Origin: Octopus vulgaris
Taxonomy: Eukaryota
Direction: 5' to 3'
Assembly: GCA_951406725.2 (NCBI GenBank)
Contig: OX597827.1
Location: 16,678,001 to 16,742,000, forward strand
DNA: 64,000 nucleotides
The first letter of the stretch is position 1; each line of letters starts with the position of its first letter. Under the pieces are notes generated by a model. The model saw only the letters and a list, made by a program, of their open reading frames with translations. It was not told where the DNA came from and ran no database searches. The position numbers were made by a program, and so were the translations under genes. Shown here in pieces: positions 28,463 through 42,585 of the stretch.

Positions 28463-29093
28463 GGATGTTTTCGGTTTGAACGGCAGTTTTTTCTTGCGGT
28501 GTCATATGAAATTCTCACCCATAATTCTCACCCTAGTATCGATCTATTGCATTTCAATCTGTTTTAGGGTTAGGGTTAGGTTTAGGGGTGGGGGAACGGG
28601 TATCTTTTTTTCTTTAGAAATGTAAATAAACCCAATCTGTTTCTTAAACGAGGGATATATTCATACGGCACAGAATGTATTTTTTTACCTCAATACACGT
28701 CATTGATTGGTTGAAATTGCAGAAATTCAAGGGAAAAAAACAACAAATATCTTACAAACCATAGAATTTTCTCAATAAAGCCAAGAGAAAAAGATGTTTT
28801 ATAAATACATTCTAACAGTATATGAAGTTTAACATTTTTTAGTTACCTAGAAATTATGTTACAAACTGCTGTTCAAACCGAAAAGATCCAGGAAGAGTAT
28901 AAACTCCGACAAGAGATATAAACTTGAGAAGCGGTATGGGGTGAAACTAGAGGACTTCATAATTGAATTTTCTCAATAAAGCCAAGAGAAAAAGATGTTT
29001 TATAAACACATTCTACCAGTATACGAAGTTTAAAATTTTTAAGTTACCTAGAAATTATTAAAAAAAAAACTGCCGTTCAAACCGAAAAGATCC
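28463..29093. mobile_element. Composite copy of the Merlin-like MITE (one left end, two right ends)
   Basis: Right TIRs end at 28889 and 29093; TSD gtgctata at 28455-28462 and 29094-29101. Confidence 0.8.
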
Positions 29094-29576
29094 GTGCTAT
29101 ATGTACAGAGTTGTCACAGGCGAATTCAGAAAGTAAAAGGTCGACAAGGAAGTACTATAAAGCATTTTGTCCAATTCTTTAATGATTCCGCCAGTCCCCT
29201 GCTTATTGGGGTCTCCACTACCCCCAAAACAAACAACAAAGAACACGAACAGCACGCTTTGCATCGTCTCAGGTTGTTTGCGGGTCGTATCCTTAATCCT
29301 TATACACGGTTTATGCATTTATCGGTAGACGATTAAGGTAACCCCGGCACTTGACCAGCAAGTATTTCAAATTTATGGATACCAGAAGAATGAAATGTAA
29401 ATTTAAACCCCGGCGGATTTTAAATTCAGAAAGCAAAACACCGGAAGAAATGTCGCAAGACATTTTGTCCGATGCTCTAACGATTCAGCCAATCCACAGT
29501 CTATGCTCTCGTGTTTACGGCTTGAATGCTTTTGGACATAAGTCTACCTGGACAGAGTTGATTTGAGGGCTGTTAA

Positions 29577-30474
29577 ATCATCATCATCACCACCACTACC
29601 ATTATCACCATCACCTTCATCATCATAATTAACATCATCATCATCATCATTAACGGCAGCAGCCGTAGTAGAAGTATCGACATTATCCTCTGTATCAGTA
29701 GACCAGCAACAGCACCCCCTCCCCCGGCCGCCGCCGCCGCCACCACCGCTGCCGCCGCCACCACCGCTGCCGCCACCACCGCTACTACTACTACTACTAC
29801 TAGTACTACTACTAGTAATAGTCGTAGTAGTGGTATTAGTAGTAACAACAACATCAGCAACATAGCGACATCAGCAACACCACCGTCAGTACAACCACCA
29901 TCACTACTACCACCACTACTACCACCACTACTACCACCACTACCACCGCAGCTACAACCTCCCACCACCACCACCACCACCACCACCACCGCCGTTACCA
30001 TCCATAATAAGAGCAGCAACGAGACGACGAGGAAACCTTTTATGTGGTTGTATGATCTTTCAAAATAGTCTGCAAATCTCCTGGAAACCGCCCTTCTGTC
30101 TTGAAAGGACGCCATTAACGAACGTTGTTTCACGTATCACTTTAAAAAAATAAATAAATAAAAAGGCAGAATGGCCATGGCTGGATTGCCATTGATCATA
30201 GATCTGCTTGATCAGAAATTGATCAAAGGCCTACATAATAGGAATGAAAAACAATAAAAAAAAAACTGCAAAACTACTGACTCTCCCCTCCCTCTCCTCC
30301 TCCTCCTCTTCTTCTTCTTCTTCTTCTTCTTCTTCTTCTTCCTCCTCCTCCTCGTCGTCATCGTCGTCGTCATCATCATCATCAACATCATCATCGTCGT
30401 CGTCATCATCATCATCATTGTCATCATCATCATCGTCGTCGTCATCATCATCATCATCATCATCACTGTCATCG

Positions 30475-30531
<57 letters not shown>

Positions 30532-31120
30532 GCATCATCGTCAGTAAGAGCTCTACCACCAATAACATTGAAGGCCTAAGAACTGCATTTTTATTCAATA
30601 ATATCGCCACCATTACAGCTCGTATCCTCACCAGCAGCACTGCCACCAATAACAACAACACCAGTTACTAATAGTAAGTTCTTTAACCTTTAACACCACC
30701 GCCTCCTTCACCAACACCATCACCAACACCATCGCCACCACCATTACCAGTGCCACCGCCGCCGCCGCCGCCGTCACCACCACCGCCATCACCTCCACCA
30801 CCATCGCCACCACAGCCATCTCCATAAAGCGATGACGACACAAAGAATACCGATGATCAAAAATAACGCGAAAAGACTACACCGACGACAACAACAACAA
30901 CATCAACAACAACAACTGCAATACCAACAACAACAATAGCAACTGCGATAAACAATGCTTCCATCTACAAAAACTCTGGCGCAATACAAATGCGGAGAGT
31001 TACAAAGAAAAGAGAAGATAAAAATAAAAAAAATGTAAAAAAAAAATAATAAAAAAAACATTAACAACAACAACAGCAGCAAACAAATAAACAAATAAAT
31101 AAATAAATAAATAAATAAAT
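29577..31120. repeat. Mosaic of trinucleotide repeats (CAT, CAC, GCC, CTA, CTT, CAA)
   Basis: Direct reading; reading frames are interrupted by stops. Confidence 0.9.
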
Positions 31121-31472
31121 AAAACTCTTTCCAATTCCTCGGAAATATATTCTCGTTGAAGTTCGATGCAGCAACAAGGAATTTTTTTCGTATTAGATTT
31201 CCTGCGAGATTCTTTGGCCATTCTACTTCACAGACCTTCCTTAAATGTAGAGATGTCGCTGCATTGCTAATGCTACCAGCCTGGCTGTCTGTCTGTCACA
31301 ACAGCAGCGGCAGCAGCAGCAGCAAGAACAAGAACAAAGGCAGAACAAGGGTGGACATCGTTAAAAGCATAGGAGTGGTTTCTCTCTGTCTTTGTGCGTG
31401 TGTGTGTGTGTATAATATATGCACACGTATTGAGTATACGTATGTATACATTTACACACAAATATAAGTATA

Positions 31473-31559
<87 letters not shown>

Positions 31560-31564
<5 letters not shown>

Positions 31565-31887
31565 TATGTATGTATGTATGTGTGTATGTATATGTTGTCA
31601 CTATATAAGTGTAGCTTTATTATATGTATGTATATATCTATATATATCTATATATATATATGTGTGTGTATGTATATATATATATATGCGTATGTATGTA
31701 TGCATGTGTGTATGTATATGTTGTCATTATATAAGTGTAGCTTTATTATATGTATGTATATATCTCTATATATCTTTATATATGTGTGTATATATATATA
31801 TATATGCGTATGTATGTATGTGTGTGTATGTATATGTTGTAACTATATAAGTGTAGCTTTATTATATGTATATATGTATATATATGT

Positions 31888-31940
<53 letters not shown>

Positions 31941-32040
31941 GCGTGTGTATGTATGCATGTGTGTATGTATATGTTGTAACTATATAAGTGTAGCTTTATT
32001 ATATGTATGTATATATATCTATATTTATATCTATCTTTAT
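31560..32040. repeat. Four-copy ~125-bp minisatellite built on microsatellite sequence
   Basis: Anchor tatgttgt..tatataagtgtagctttattatatg repeated four times. Confidence 0.85.
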
Positions 32041-32428
32041 ATATGTGTAAACACACCTGCACAGGTATATTAAGATTGGCACGCATACACACACACAGGG
32101 ATCGAGAAGTGCAGTTTTAGTGCATCGGGCTATTTCATCACAACCGAAATGCTTTATCAGAGAAAGAGAAAGTTCACAAAAACGCAGCGCAGAGCGGGAA
32201 CTAGGATTTTATGTTTATGTCATTCAAACAAAGCGAAAGACCGCTGCGCAAATATATCACAGAAATGGAAACCTCTGGGAATATCTACATATTTAATTAT
32301 TCACCTCGTCAAACGATGATGGTCGAAATGCATTCCAGCGTTGATCTTCAATCTATATACAATCGTTCACATCAAAAGTGATTGGTATATACATCCACAG
32401 GGAATAGACAAAAGAAACTAAGTGATCG

Positions 32429-32466
<38 letters not shown>

Positions 32467-32606
32467 ACAAGAAATAATGATAGTCATAGAAAGCTTGTGA
32501 AAAAATACTTCCAGAATACTCCGTAAGTGCTTTTTTTTATGTCTGTGAAACTGTGAAACCAGTACGACTGCAAATCTGAGCCAAACAGTTAATTCACGCC
32601 TTAGCG

Positions 32607-32648
<42 letters not shown>

Positions 32649-32689
32649 CTTTACGTAAAACTGTCATTTGTGTCATTACTTTATTTTTA

Positions 32690-33005
<316 letters not shown>

Positions 33006-33085
33006 ATGTATGTATGTATGTATGTATCTATATATATATATATATATATAAAGCAAATAAGTAAAAAGGATGTCAAGGTATCAGT

Positions 33086-33170
33086 GCATTACGGCCGTTT
33101 CAAGCGGCTCCATTTAATCGATCAATGCAAACATTACATCAATTTGAAATTATCCGCTCTCTTCGGACGC
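33086..33170 (-). ncRNA. Type-I hammerhead-like motif (CCGAAGA core variant)
   Basis: Minus strand: gcgt CCGAAGA gagcgg...ccgctt GAAAC ggcc GTA atgc; palindromic stem III ACGGCCGT. Confidence 0.65.
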
Positions 33171-33822
33171 GTACGACCGTAATGATTTTCAACACACAGG
33201 ATATTCCACTTCGCAAATTTTTCATCAGTACTAGAGACTAAAAGGCATTGCTTCTTTTGCTATTATTGTAGCAGAATGAATTCAGGGAAAAAAATTCCTA
33301 AAGGCTTCTATAATTTTGAGTGGCAGAAGGAAATAATGGGGGTCAAGAAAAAGGGATGGTGATATAGCTACATTCATCTTTATCCTTATCATATACAAAA
33401 GACCTAATGCAGCAAGTAGTCTACATCCCCTTAGAATCAAAACCATTGGGAATTGACAGTTAAGTTCTTGTTGTTGGGGATAAATTCATTAATGTCAGAT
33501 ATTCTTCTCTACCCCTATTTCACTATGACCATAAATCAGCCATACCTACATAAAAGAATATATTAACATTAAATGTTAATAAGAATTATCTCCCCAACAA
33601 AGTAGCTCTCAATGTTGGATTATACGATTGCTGGTAGCCATGATTAATTCATAGAGAGAAAATTACCATACAGATAAGTTAACATTTCTTTTCCCTACTT
33701 TTATTCCACATTTCTGTTCATTATTTACTAAAGTAAAATTATCCCAACAACTTCTAGTTATATAATTTTAGTTTGTCATGTCTTTATATAGGATGTAAAA
33801 AGCAAAATAAGTTCATAAAAGA

Positions 33823-33928
33823 TAGACTTGAAGATTGGCAATACAATCGTTTTAATATGGTATTGTATTTAGAGACATTCTATTTCAGCAATATCGAGAA
33901 CGTGTTGTCATGAAACGCGTGTAGTCTA
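33823..33928 (+). ncRNA. Type-I hammerhead-like motif (UUGAAGA core variant)
   Basis: tagac TTGAAGA t tggcaatac...gtgttgtca t GAAAC gcgt GTA gtcta; preceded by a CKKQNKF-encoding stretch resembling PLE ORF ends. Confidence 0.55.
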
Positions 33929-34270
33929 GATAATGTAAAGTATATGATTTGAAATAAGAATTGAATGTATTAATTTTGTTAATTTGGAATAAGGATTGTA
34001 GGTATTAATTTTGATAATTTTAATATTTAGTCCTATATGTACATATTGTGGATAATGTCATTCAATGATGATTGAGTTGCTTGAGGGTTATTCTGTATCT
34101 TAAACCTATTTATTTATATGTATATAATATAGTGAGTAATTCATTTTAGTACCACTAAATTGAACTTTTCTCCCCTGTGGCCTCGGAAATAACTTCCCTA
34201 ATATTAATATATATATATATATATAAATGAAAGAATGGAGTCGAACGACGATTTTAACAAAATTCCTTTA

Positions 34271-34353
34271 CTCTCGACATATGTTTCGAAGACTGCATAT
34301 TCTTAATTCCGAAGGAATAAAGGGTGCATTATGCCGCCTTCTCATCAGGAAAG
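34271..34353 (-). ncRNA. Type-I hammerhead ribozyme with canonical core
   Basis: Minus strand: ctttc CTGATGA gaaggcggcata...tatgcagtcttc GAAAC atat GTC gagag; 5-bp stem I, 12-bp stem II with one mismatch, palindromic stem III, GUC triplet. Confidence 0.8.
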
Positions 34354-34589
34354 ACAAGGAACCTATGTCAGCATCATGACGAACAAAATCTTTTGTTAAA
34401 TTTTGTTAAAATCGTCGTTCGACTCCATTCTTTCATTTATTCATAGTTAAAAAAACACGCAAATTTCCACACGAGAACACGGGATTTCTGCCCTTGGCAT
34501 GTAGCTTCAACCGTGTTTTCTGACGTGAGTTTGCTACCCAGGTATCGGTTAACCGAATTATCCATACTAGGATAATTCATTCACCTACT

Positions 34590-34660
<71 letters not shown>

Positions 34661-34902
34661 GTATAAATAATATATGCATATACACATATATGTACATACC
34701 TATATTTATTTTTATATATACATGCATATATGGGTAAAGGACATAAAAAAAACGTCAACAAAATGAGAAACGATAACATAAAAAGCAAAATCATAGAAAA
34801 CGAACTTTTTTGCGAACAACGAAAGAAACAAGTAGAGAAACAGACAGGCAACATAAAGAACATTCCCTTCATCAGTTGTCCCCTGTTTTATCTACTCTGC
34901 GT

Positions 34903-35314
34903 TACTCTCTTTTACTCTTTTACTTGTTTCAGTCATTTGACTGCGGCCATGCTGGAGCACCACCTTTAATCGTGCAACTCGACCCCGGGACTTATTCTTT
35001 GTAAGCCCAGTACTTATTCAATCGGTCTCTTTTTGCCGAACCGCTAAGTGACGGGGACATAAATACACCAGCATCGGTTGTCAAGCAATGCTAGGGGGAC
35101 AAACACAGACACACAAACACACACACATACATATATATATATATACATATATACGACGGACTTCTTTCAGTTTCCGTCTACGAAATCCACTCACAAGGAT
35201 TTGGTCGGCCCGAGGCTATAGTAGAAGACACTTGCCCATGGTGCCACGCAGTGGGACTGAACCCGGAACCATGTGGTTGGTAAGCAAGCTACTTACCACA
35301 CAGCCACTCCTGCG
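34903..35314 (-). mobile_element. SINE family 1, near full length
   Basis: Reverse complement of 1271-1688. Confidence 0.85.
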
Positions 35315-36456
35315 TTGTATATATATAGTTGAAACATGGTGTAGATATACATATTGTAATTATATATACCCATCCGAAATATGGCATGGATCACGAATCA
35401 CTGAACTGGAGTAAAATGAAAAATATTGAATTTACTATACGCTGCAAGTAACACTTTTCACAAACCCTCAGTTACGTGTATTTGATAATAAAACAAAATG
35501 GCACATTTTTTGCTTGACACTGTGGTGTAGTATTTTATCACCGATATTAATACATTTTCTCACATAAATTTGGTGTCAGTCTGAATGTTTAGAATATTAA
35601 CAAGTTACGTATTTTATTTGAAGCTTAGTTATGTAAAATTATCTTGTTTTCTTCATTGTCTTGAAAGCAAAATTTTTATTTTATCTAAAATTTTGTCAAA
35701 TAAGGTGTGAAAGATTTTTTTAGTGGGAGTAATCATTTTCTATATTTAAAACTTCTAAATGTACAGCATTTATACCTTATGTCGAAAATAATGAATGATA
35801 GAGAAAGATGAAACGAACGTGCCACCATTATCACACATTGCCAGAGAATAAAGAGTGATTTTTGTTTTATATTATAAATCATATATAACTTTTTAAAGCC
35901 GATAATCAACGCAACGGTTTTTAAATTGGTAACATATATTACATTATAATAATTGTATTTCTAAAAAAAATTCCATTATGAATATATGTGAGAGTTTCTA
36001 TAATGAAGATGGAAACTCGAGGATGCGTCAGGCAATTTATAGGATGACGAAAAGCAGGTCACAAAGGTGATCAAAGAATAACTGCAGGAATTATATTTAA
36101 ATTGCTGTTTAAACAGAATTACAAGGCAACAAAACATGGAATATATTTTAAATATTTGCGTTATTATTTCAATGTACAATTTTTTTTCTTTATACAAATT
36201 ATACTTATATATTATTTTTCATTTAGTAGGTTAATGTCATTGGAATTTAAATATGCTTTTTATCCTCCATTCACCACAAAAGAAGATATCTTTATTGTTT
36301 TATGACTACAAAATACAGTATTTTGACATATTTTAAAATCCACATGAATAGAATAGATACGTAATACTCCATGTCTATTCTCTGGACGACTCCTTAACTG
36401 TGGGTTAACAGGAGATATTATAGCAACAACTTTACTTCCTCACCACTGATAACATG

Positions 36457-36506
<50 letters not shown>

Positions 36507-36683
36507 TATATAGGCGCAGGTGTGACCGGGTTCAGTCCCACTGCGTGGTACCTTGGGCAAGTGTCTTCTACTATAGCCGACCAAAGCTTTGTGAGGGGAT
36601 TTGGTAGACAGAAACTGAAAGAAGCCTATCGTATATATATATATATATTCATTGCACTAACCACTGGGCCATTGCACCTCCAT

Positions 36684-36750
<67 letters not shown>

Positions 36751-36756
36751 TTCCCT

Positions 36757-37082
36757 ACGGTCATGAATGACCATGGCAAGGCACCCAGAAATTTGCCCAC
36801 TGAGGCGCAAATCCGGGCAAAGTTGTTTGCAGAAGACCAGCAGTTGTCCATGCATACCAGTCTTCCCTTTCTAAGCCACAGCTGTCATCCAAGGGAAAGG
36901 CAAAGGCCGATATAACCTGGCACCAGTGACGTTGCAACTCATTTCTACAGCTGAGTGAACTGAGGCAACGTGAAATAAAGTGTCTTGCTCAAGAGCACAA
37001 CACAGAGCCCAGTCCGGGAATCGAACACACTGCCTCATGATTGTGAGGCCGTCGTCTAACCATTGAACAATGCGCCTTCACT
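36757..37082 (-). mobile_element. tRNA-derived SINE family 4 (CORE-like head)
   Basis: Head shared with 62352-62686 (ttgagcaagacactttatttcacgttgc); different 3' tail. Confidence 0.7.
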
Positions 37083-37087
37083 TTCTA

Positions 37088-37167
<80 letters not shown>

Positions 37168-37174
<7 letters not shown>

Positions 37175-37255
37175 ATTAGCCACACAGGGCTGCACACAGA
37201 TAGAACAAATTACAAGGTAGAGCTTTTCTTTTGAAGGTTTAAAAAAATAAAAATA
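37168..37255 (-). mobile_element. Third, very short 3'-end copy of the L1/Tx1-type LINE within (TCTA)n
   Basis: tttctttattagccacacagggctgcacacaga..acaaggtagagcttttctttt, matching 8968-9031. Confidence 0.8.
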
Positions 37256-37264
37256 GTCTGTCTT

Positions 37265-37329
<65 letters not shown>

Positions 37330-37380
37330 ATATCTATCTGTCTTTCTATATATCTGTCTATCTATCTATCTATCTGTCTA

Positions 37381-37521
<141 letters not shown>

Positions 37522-37530
37522 ACAAACATG

Positions 37531-37586
<56 letters not shown>

Positions 37587-38291
37587 AGGTAAGAAGGAGA
37601 ATACCATGTGAAGAACGAAGGATACAGAAAGTGAAAGAAACGTAAAATACAAGGAAATGAAGGGGATAAAGTAAAATACTTCAGGCAAACGACAAAGGAA
37701 AAATAATCGAAAATAAGTGAATGTTAACGAAAAATGGCGAAAGAAAACAGAAGAAGGCGTAATAGAACGTGAGAAGGTAGAAGACAAGAAAAGATAAAAG
37801 AAGGCAAATAAAATTTATGAGAGCAGCTGGAATAAAATTGACAGATGTAGGAGATAAAGAACGAAAAGGAGGGAAAATGACACAAAGTGAAGAAAAGAAG
37901 AGAAAGAAAAGAAAAAATTTGAACAAAGTAAACTGCAAAATCGAACAGGAAATAAATAAAATCGCCGTAAGACGAACCAGACGAGAAAAAAGTGAGAGAA
38001 ATTGAAGGGAAACTGTAAAAAAAAAATGTGTTTTAAAAGTATGAGCGGAAAAAGGAAAGAAATGAAACGATAGGAAAAAAAAAAAGAAGATATCGATAGA
38101 TAACTTGATAGACACATAAACAGACAGACAGGTAGATAGATAGATTGATAGATAAATAGGATGATAGATAGAATTATATATATATGTATATATATATGTA
38201 TATCTCTATCTCTCTATCATTTTTGCTTTCCCCATTCTTTCTCCTGCATCTCCCACTCTGTCTATCTATCTATCTATCTATCCCTTTCATG

Positions 38292-38382
<91 letters not shown>

Positions 38383-38470
38383 TATATATGTATGTATATA
38401 TATATATATACGTATACATATATATGCATATATATATATATATATATATATGCATATATATGTATGTATG

Positions 38471-38502
<32 letters not shown>

Positions 38503-39205
38503 GAATGAAAGGGATAGATAGATAGACAGAGTGGGAGATGCAGGAGAAAGAATGGGGAGAGCAAAAATGATAGAGAGATAGAGAGTGAGAGAGGCAAAGG
38601 GGGAGAGAGAAAGAGAGAAGGAAGTTAATATGGAGAGATCGAAGGAGAAAAGATACAAGATTTATTAGGAGAAAGAGAGTGCAAGATGGTGAATAGACAG
38701 AGTAACAGGAATGGATAACTGGATAAAACAGATATATAACTAGAAACAAAATAAGAGAGGTTGAAAAAAAAAACAGATATGAGAGAAGTATGAATATAAT
38801 GAAGGAAATAAAATAAAAACTAAAGAAAAAAGAAAAGTGTTCCAACTGAGAGAAGACAGAGAAAGTGATTGAAGCGTTATAGAAAATCGTTCAATTGACA
38901 TCTCATCTTATTTAGAGAAAAGCGTTAGGACGTAAATACCTCTCTAATAAACAAGCAAACACCGATTAAACACTCAATAACACATACAAAAAAAATGCAA
39001 CTCAACAACGAGAAGAAACGGCGAACACAAATACAATACATCATCACGTGATATATTATTCGGAAGAAGCAACCGTGTATCCCCTTTGTATCTTTATCAA
39101 CCAAATTCGGTAACTATTTCCCCATCTATTTATCACTCAATTTCGTAATTTTCCTGTCTATATCATCCTGTTTGTTTATTGGCTTCTTCTATAATATATA
39201 TAGAA

Positions 39206-39309
<104 letters not shown>

Positions 39310-39322
39310 ATATATATGTGTG

Positions 39323-39353
<31 letters not shown>

Positions 39354-39386
39354 GTATATATATATGTATATATATATGTATATATT

Positions 39387-39434
<48 letters not shown>

Positions 39435-39435
39435 T

Positions 39436-39510
<75 letters not shown>

Positions 39511-39514
39511 TAAA

Positions 39515-39545
<31 letters not shown>

Positions 39546-40181
39546 TAAATAAATATATATATATATATATTATATATATATGTATATATATATATATGTA
39601 TATATGTATTGTATGTGTGTGTGTGTGTGTGCGTGACATATGCATGTTAGCGTGTCCTTGCCGTCAGTAATGATGCATTTAACGTACTTAAATTTTCGAT
39701 ATCCGCTGCACTGAATATTTCATTGTTTGCTCTTACATTACCAATTTGTCTTTTAAATTGCTCATAGCTTGCATCTTAAGAAATATTATTCTGTTCTTTT
39801 GCCGTTTCAGTTCTTGGAATTCTTCGTGATTTTCCCGCCTCTCTCAAATCCAGATCTAACCACCTTAAATTTGTTATTTCTGTAATTTCATTTTGGCGTT
39901 TCCTAGCTTCGTTCATTTTTGATTGTGTTCTTTTAGCCAATGCTATTTCTGGTGAGGCACTGAACCATTTTTGTCTATACATTTCACGTCTTGTTTCCCG
40001 AAATAAGCCTGACTGTCACCTTCTTTACCATTATCGCACTAATACATGTATACACACATACACACACGGAAATCTCTCTCTCTCTTTATTTATCTATCTA
40101 CCTCTCTGTCTGTTTGTCTATCACTCAGTCTGTCTGTCTATCTGTCTGTCTGTCTGTCTATCTGTCTGCCTATCTGTCTGC

Positions 40182-40273
<92 letters not shown>

Positions 40274-40467
40274 ATACTTGTAAATCAGTATTTTGGAGTT
40301 ACCTTTTGAAAACATACATCGCTATATTTTCTGTTAAATTATAACATGAAAACTTTTGTTCTGTGAAAGCATATATTTTTAATATTCAAACATATAAATA
40401 CATAGAATAAACTATTTTCCGTTTATGTTAAAAATTTAAGATTGTTCTAATTAAACGAAAAAGAAAT

Positions 40468-40701
40468 AATAAATTAGTTATTAGCGACAGTAGCAGTATG
40501 TGCAACGAATTATAATTAGGACGTCCGAATTTAAATTGGACGTGTTGTTTAGATCGCCTGAAACACATCGCCAACATGACACGGTATCTCTGTTAAAACA
40601 GCAGTTTAAGGCGATTTGAACAACACAACCAATTCAAATTGGATGTGCTAATTATTATTCGTGTTTCAAACACAACTACTGTCGCTAGTAGCTAATTTAT
40701 T
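40468..40701. repeat. Long imperfect palindrome (fold-back element)
   Basis: aaattagttattagcgacagtag...ctactgtcgctagtagctaattt; arms about 95 bp. Confidence 0.8.
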
Positions 40702-41279
40702 GGTAGCCTGCTGGCTTTTTGATACATCACCTGCTGCGTCTGAAAATCCGACAGAGGGCAACAACGGGCAGATACGTCTAAACACTGCTTGGTGGTGATA
40801 CTGCTCAATATATATATATAATTATAATTTAGGGTATCTAAGAGATACCACCACGTTGGATATAGCAGCCAAAACTTGACTCTAAAACCACAATAAATGT
40901 TTATACAGCACCAGGAGAGAAGTCAAAAAGACAAAATAAACTAGCAAAAAATTACTGGATACTTCCAGATCCCGGGACTCTGACTCTGCATAAGAAATGC
41001 TTTGCCTCATCAGTGGAATATACACAGATAGTACATAAATATAAATATAAATATATATACAACATACGAATACTTACATATATGAACGTATGCATTCGAC
41101 CAGTTTATATATATATATATATATATACTGAGTGCGGTGAATATATTGTTGTCTAAATTAGGTAAAAATGAAAATAACACTGACATCTTATTTCGACAGA
41201 TATTTACCAAGATTACATAAAAATATCTTAAAATACTAAAAAAGAAAATGTATTCAATAAAATCGCTATTAGCTTCAAC

Positions 41280-41745
41280 CACGGCATGCAACCGACTTCG
41301 GAATCTCCTGCAAATTTTCTGGGTGGTCTCCTTGTTTATGTTGGTGGATGCTGCTATAATCCTTGCCTTCTTTTCATTTTTTGTGTTACAAGAAGTTTAG
41401 TTAGTCTTTCGTTAAACTGCGCACCACACAATAATCAAGGGCGTTGCAGTATTGGGAGTTAGGTGGCCAGATGTTAGGGGGGATGTGGTCGCAGAAATTG
41501 TCTGACTGCCACGACTGGGTCATCCTGCATGTGTAGCATGGTGCAGGATTCTGTTGCCAGACATAGAGTCTTCCAGCAGCCACCCTCTTCAACGAAAGCA
41601 ACACTAATTCCTCCAGGTACTTGATGTACACCTCCGTGTTTAGTGTGAGGCCGTATGCAAAGATGAATGGAAGCATAACGTTGCCATCACCAGCAACCAT
41701 TCCAAACACCATAATATTGACTGGATGTTTGATGTTTATTACTCT
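41280..41745 (-). pseudogene. Tc1/mariner transposase remnant (maT/DD37D-like)
   Basis: ORF 41401-41712 MVFGMVAGDG..YVWQQNPAPCY..TQSW..WPPNSQYCNALDY, degenerate versions of QQDxAPxH and WPPNSPDLNPLDY. Confidence 0.8.
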
Positions 41746-41782
41746 CAGTACATGTCCTCAAATTGCATTGTCTTCAGATTGT

Positions 41783-42080
41783 TTTTTTTCCTTCTCGAGT
41801 CATGCCTGGCTCATAAGGGCCGGTTTCCCGGTTTCTTGGCGTATGGGTTCCCCACCTGAACGGGACGCCGATCCGTCGCAGGTGAGCTACAAGATGCCGG
41901 AGAAAAGAGTGAGAAGTTGTGGCGAAAGAGTCAGCAGAGGTTCGTCATTACCTTCTGCCGGAGCCGCGTGGAGCTTAGGTATTTTCGCTCATAAACACAC
42001 ACATCGCACGGTCTGAGATTCGAACCCACGATCCCTCTACCGCGAGTCCGCTGCTCTAACCACTAGGCCATGTGCCTCCA
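41783..42080 (-). mobile_element. SINE with family-3-type head and an alternative tail
   Basis: TSD cagattgt at 41775-41782 and 42081-42088. Confidence 0.75.
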
Positions 42081-42361
42081 CAGATTGTCACCCAAGCACT
42101 CTGAAATGTTCGTGTTGGAGCTTCCTGCGCGAATGCCACGCACTACAGCAGGTCGTTTCCAAATTTCTGGCACAGTGAATGCACATGCACGAAATTCACA
42201 TATACGCCTGCTTTATTTCAAAAATTTAATGCCCTTAGCTTAGATTTTTGGGGCCTACCAATTTTGAACAGTCTCTATAAGAAGAGGTTTAAAAAATTGA
42301 TAAATTCGCTTTGAAACATTTTTTCTAGATATCGGACATTATTTTCCCACCAACCTGATAC

Positions 42362-42585
42362 ATCGTATCAAAAAGACAAGAAAGTAATATTTCGGACGCA
42401 GTATCGCCGTGAAAATAATAAAAAAAGGGTATTATTGCCCTTATAAGATATAAAAAGTTGTCTGTCTGTTGACAACTTTTTCCGTCTTTTAAGCGTAGTA
42501 ATACCCAATTTTTCTGCTGTCTGCAATATCACTCTGCGGTAGTCTGCATTCGGAATATGACATTTTTTTCTGTCGAATTACGATT
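42362..42585. repeat. Second long imperfect palindrome
   Basis: Centre aaaaagttgtc-tgtctgtt-gacaacttttt; outer arms gggtattattg/tagtaataccc and atatttcggacgcag/ctgcattcggaatat. Confidence 0.75.

Noticed and set aside
29577-31330. Trinucleotide mosaic as a homopolymer-rich transcription-factor exon
   Set aside because: Frequent stops and no recognisable domain; a UTR role cannot be excluded
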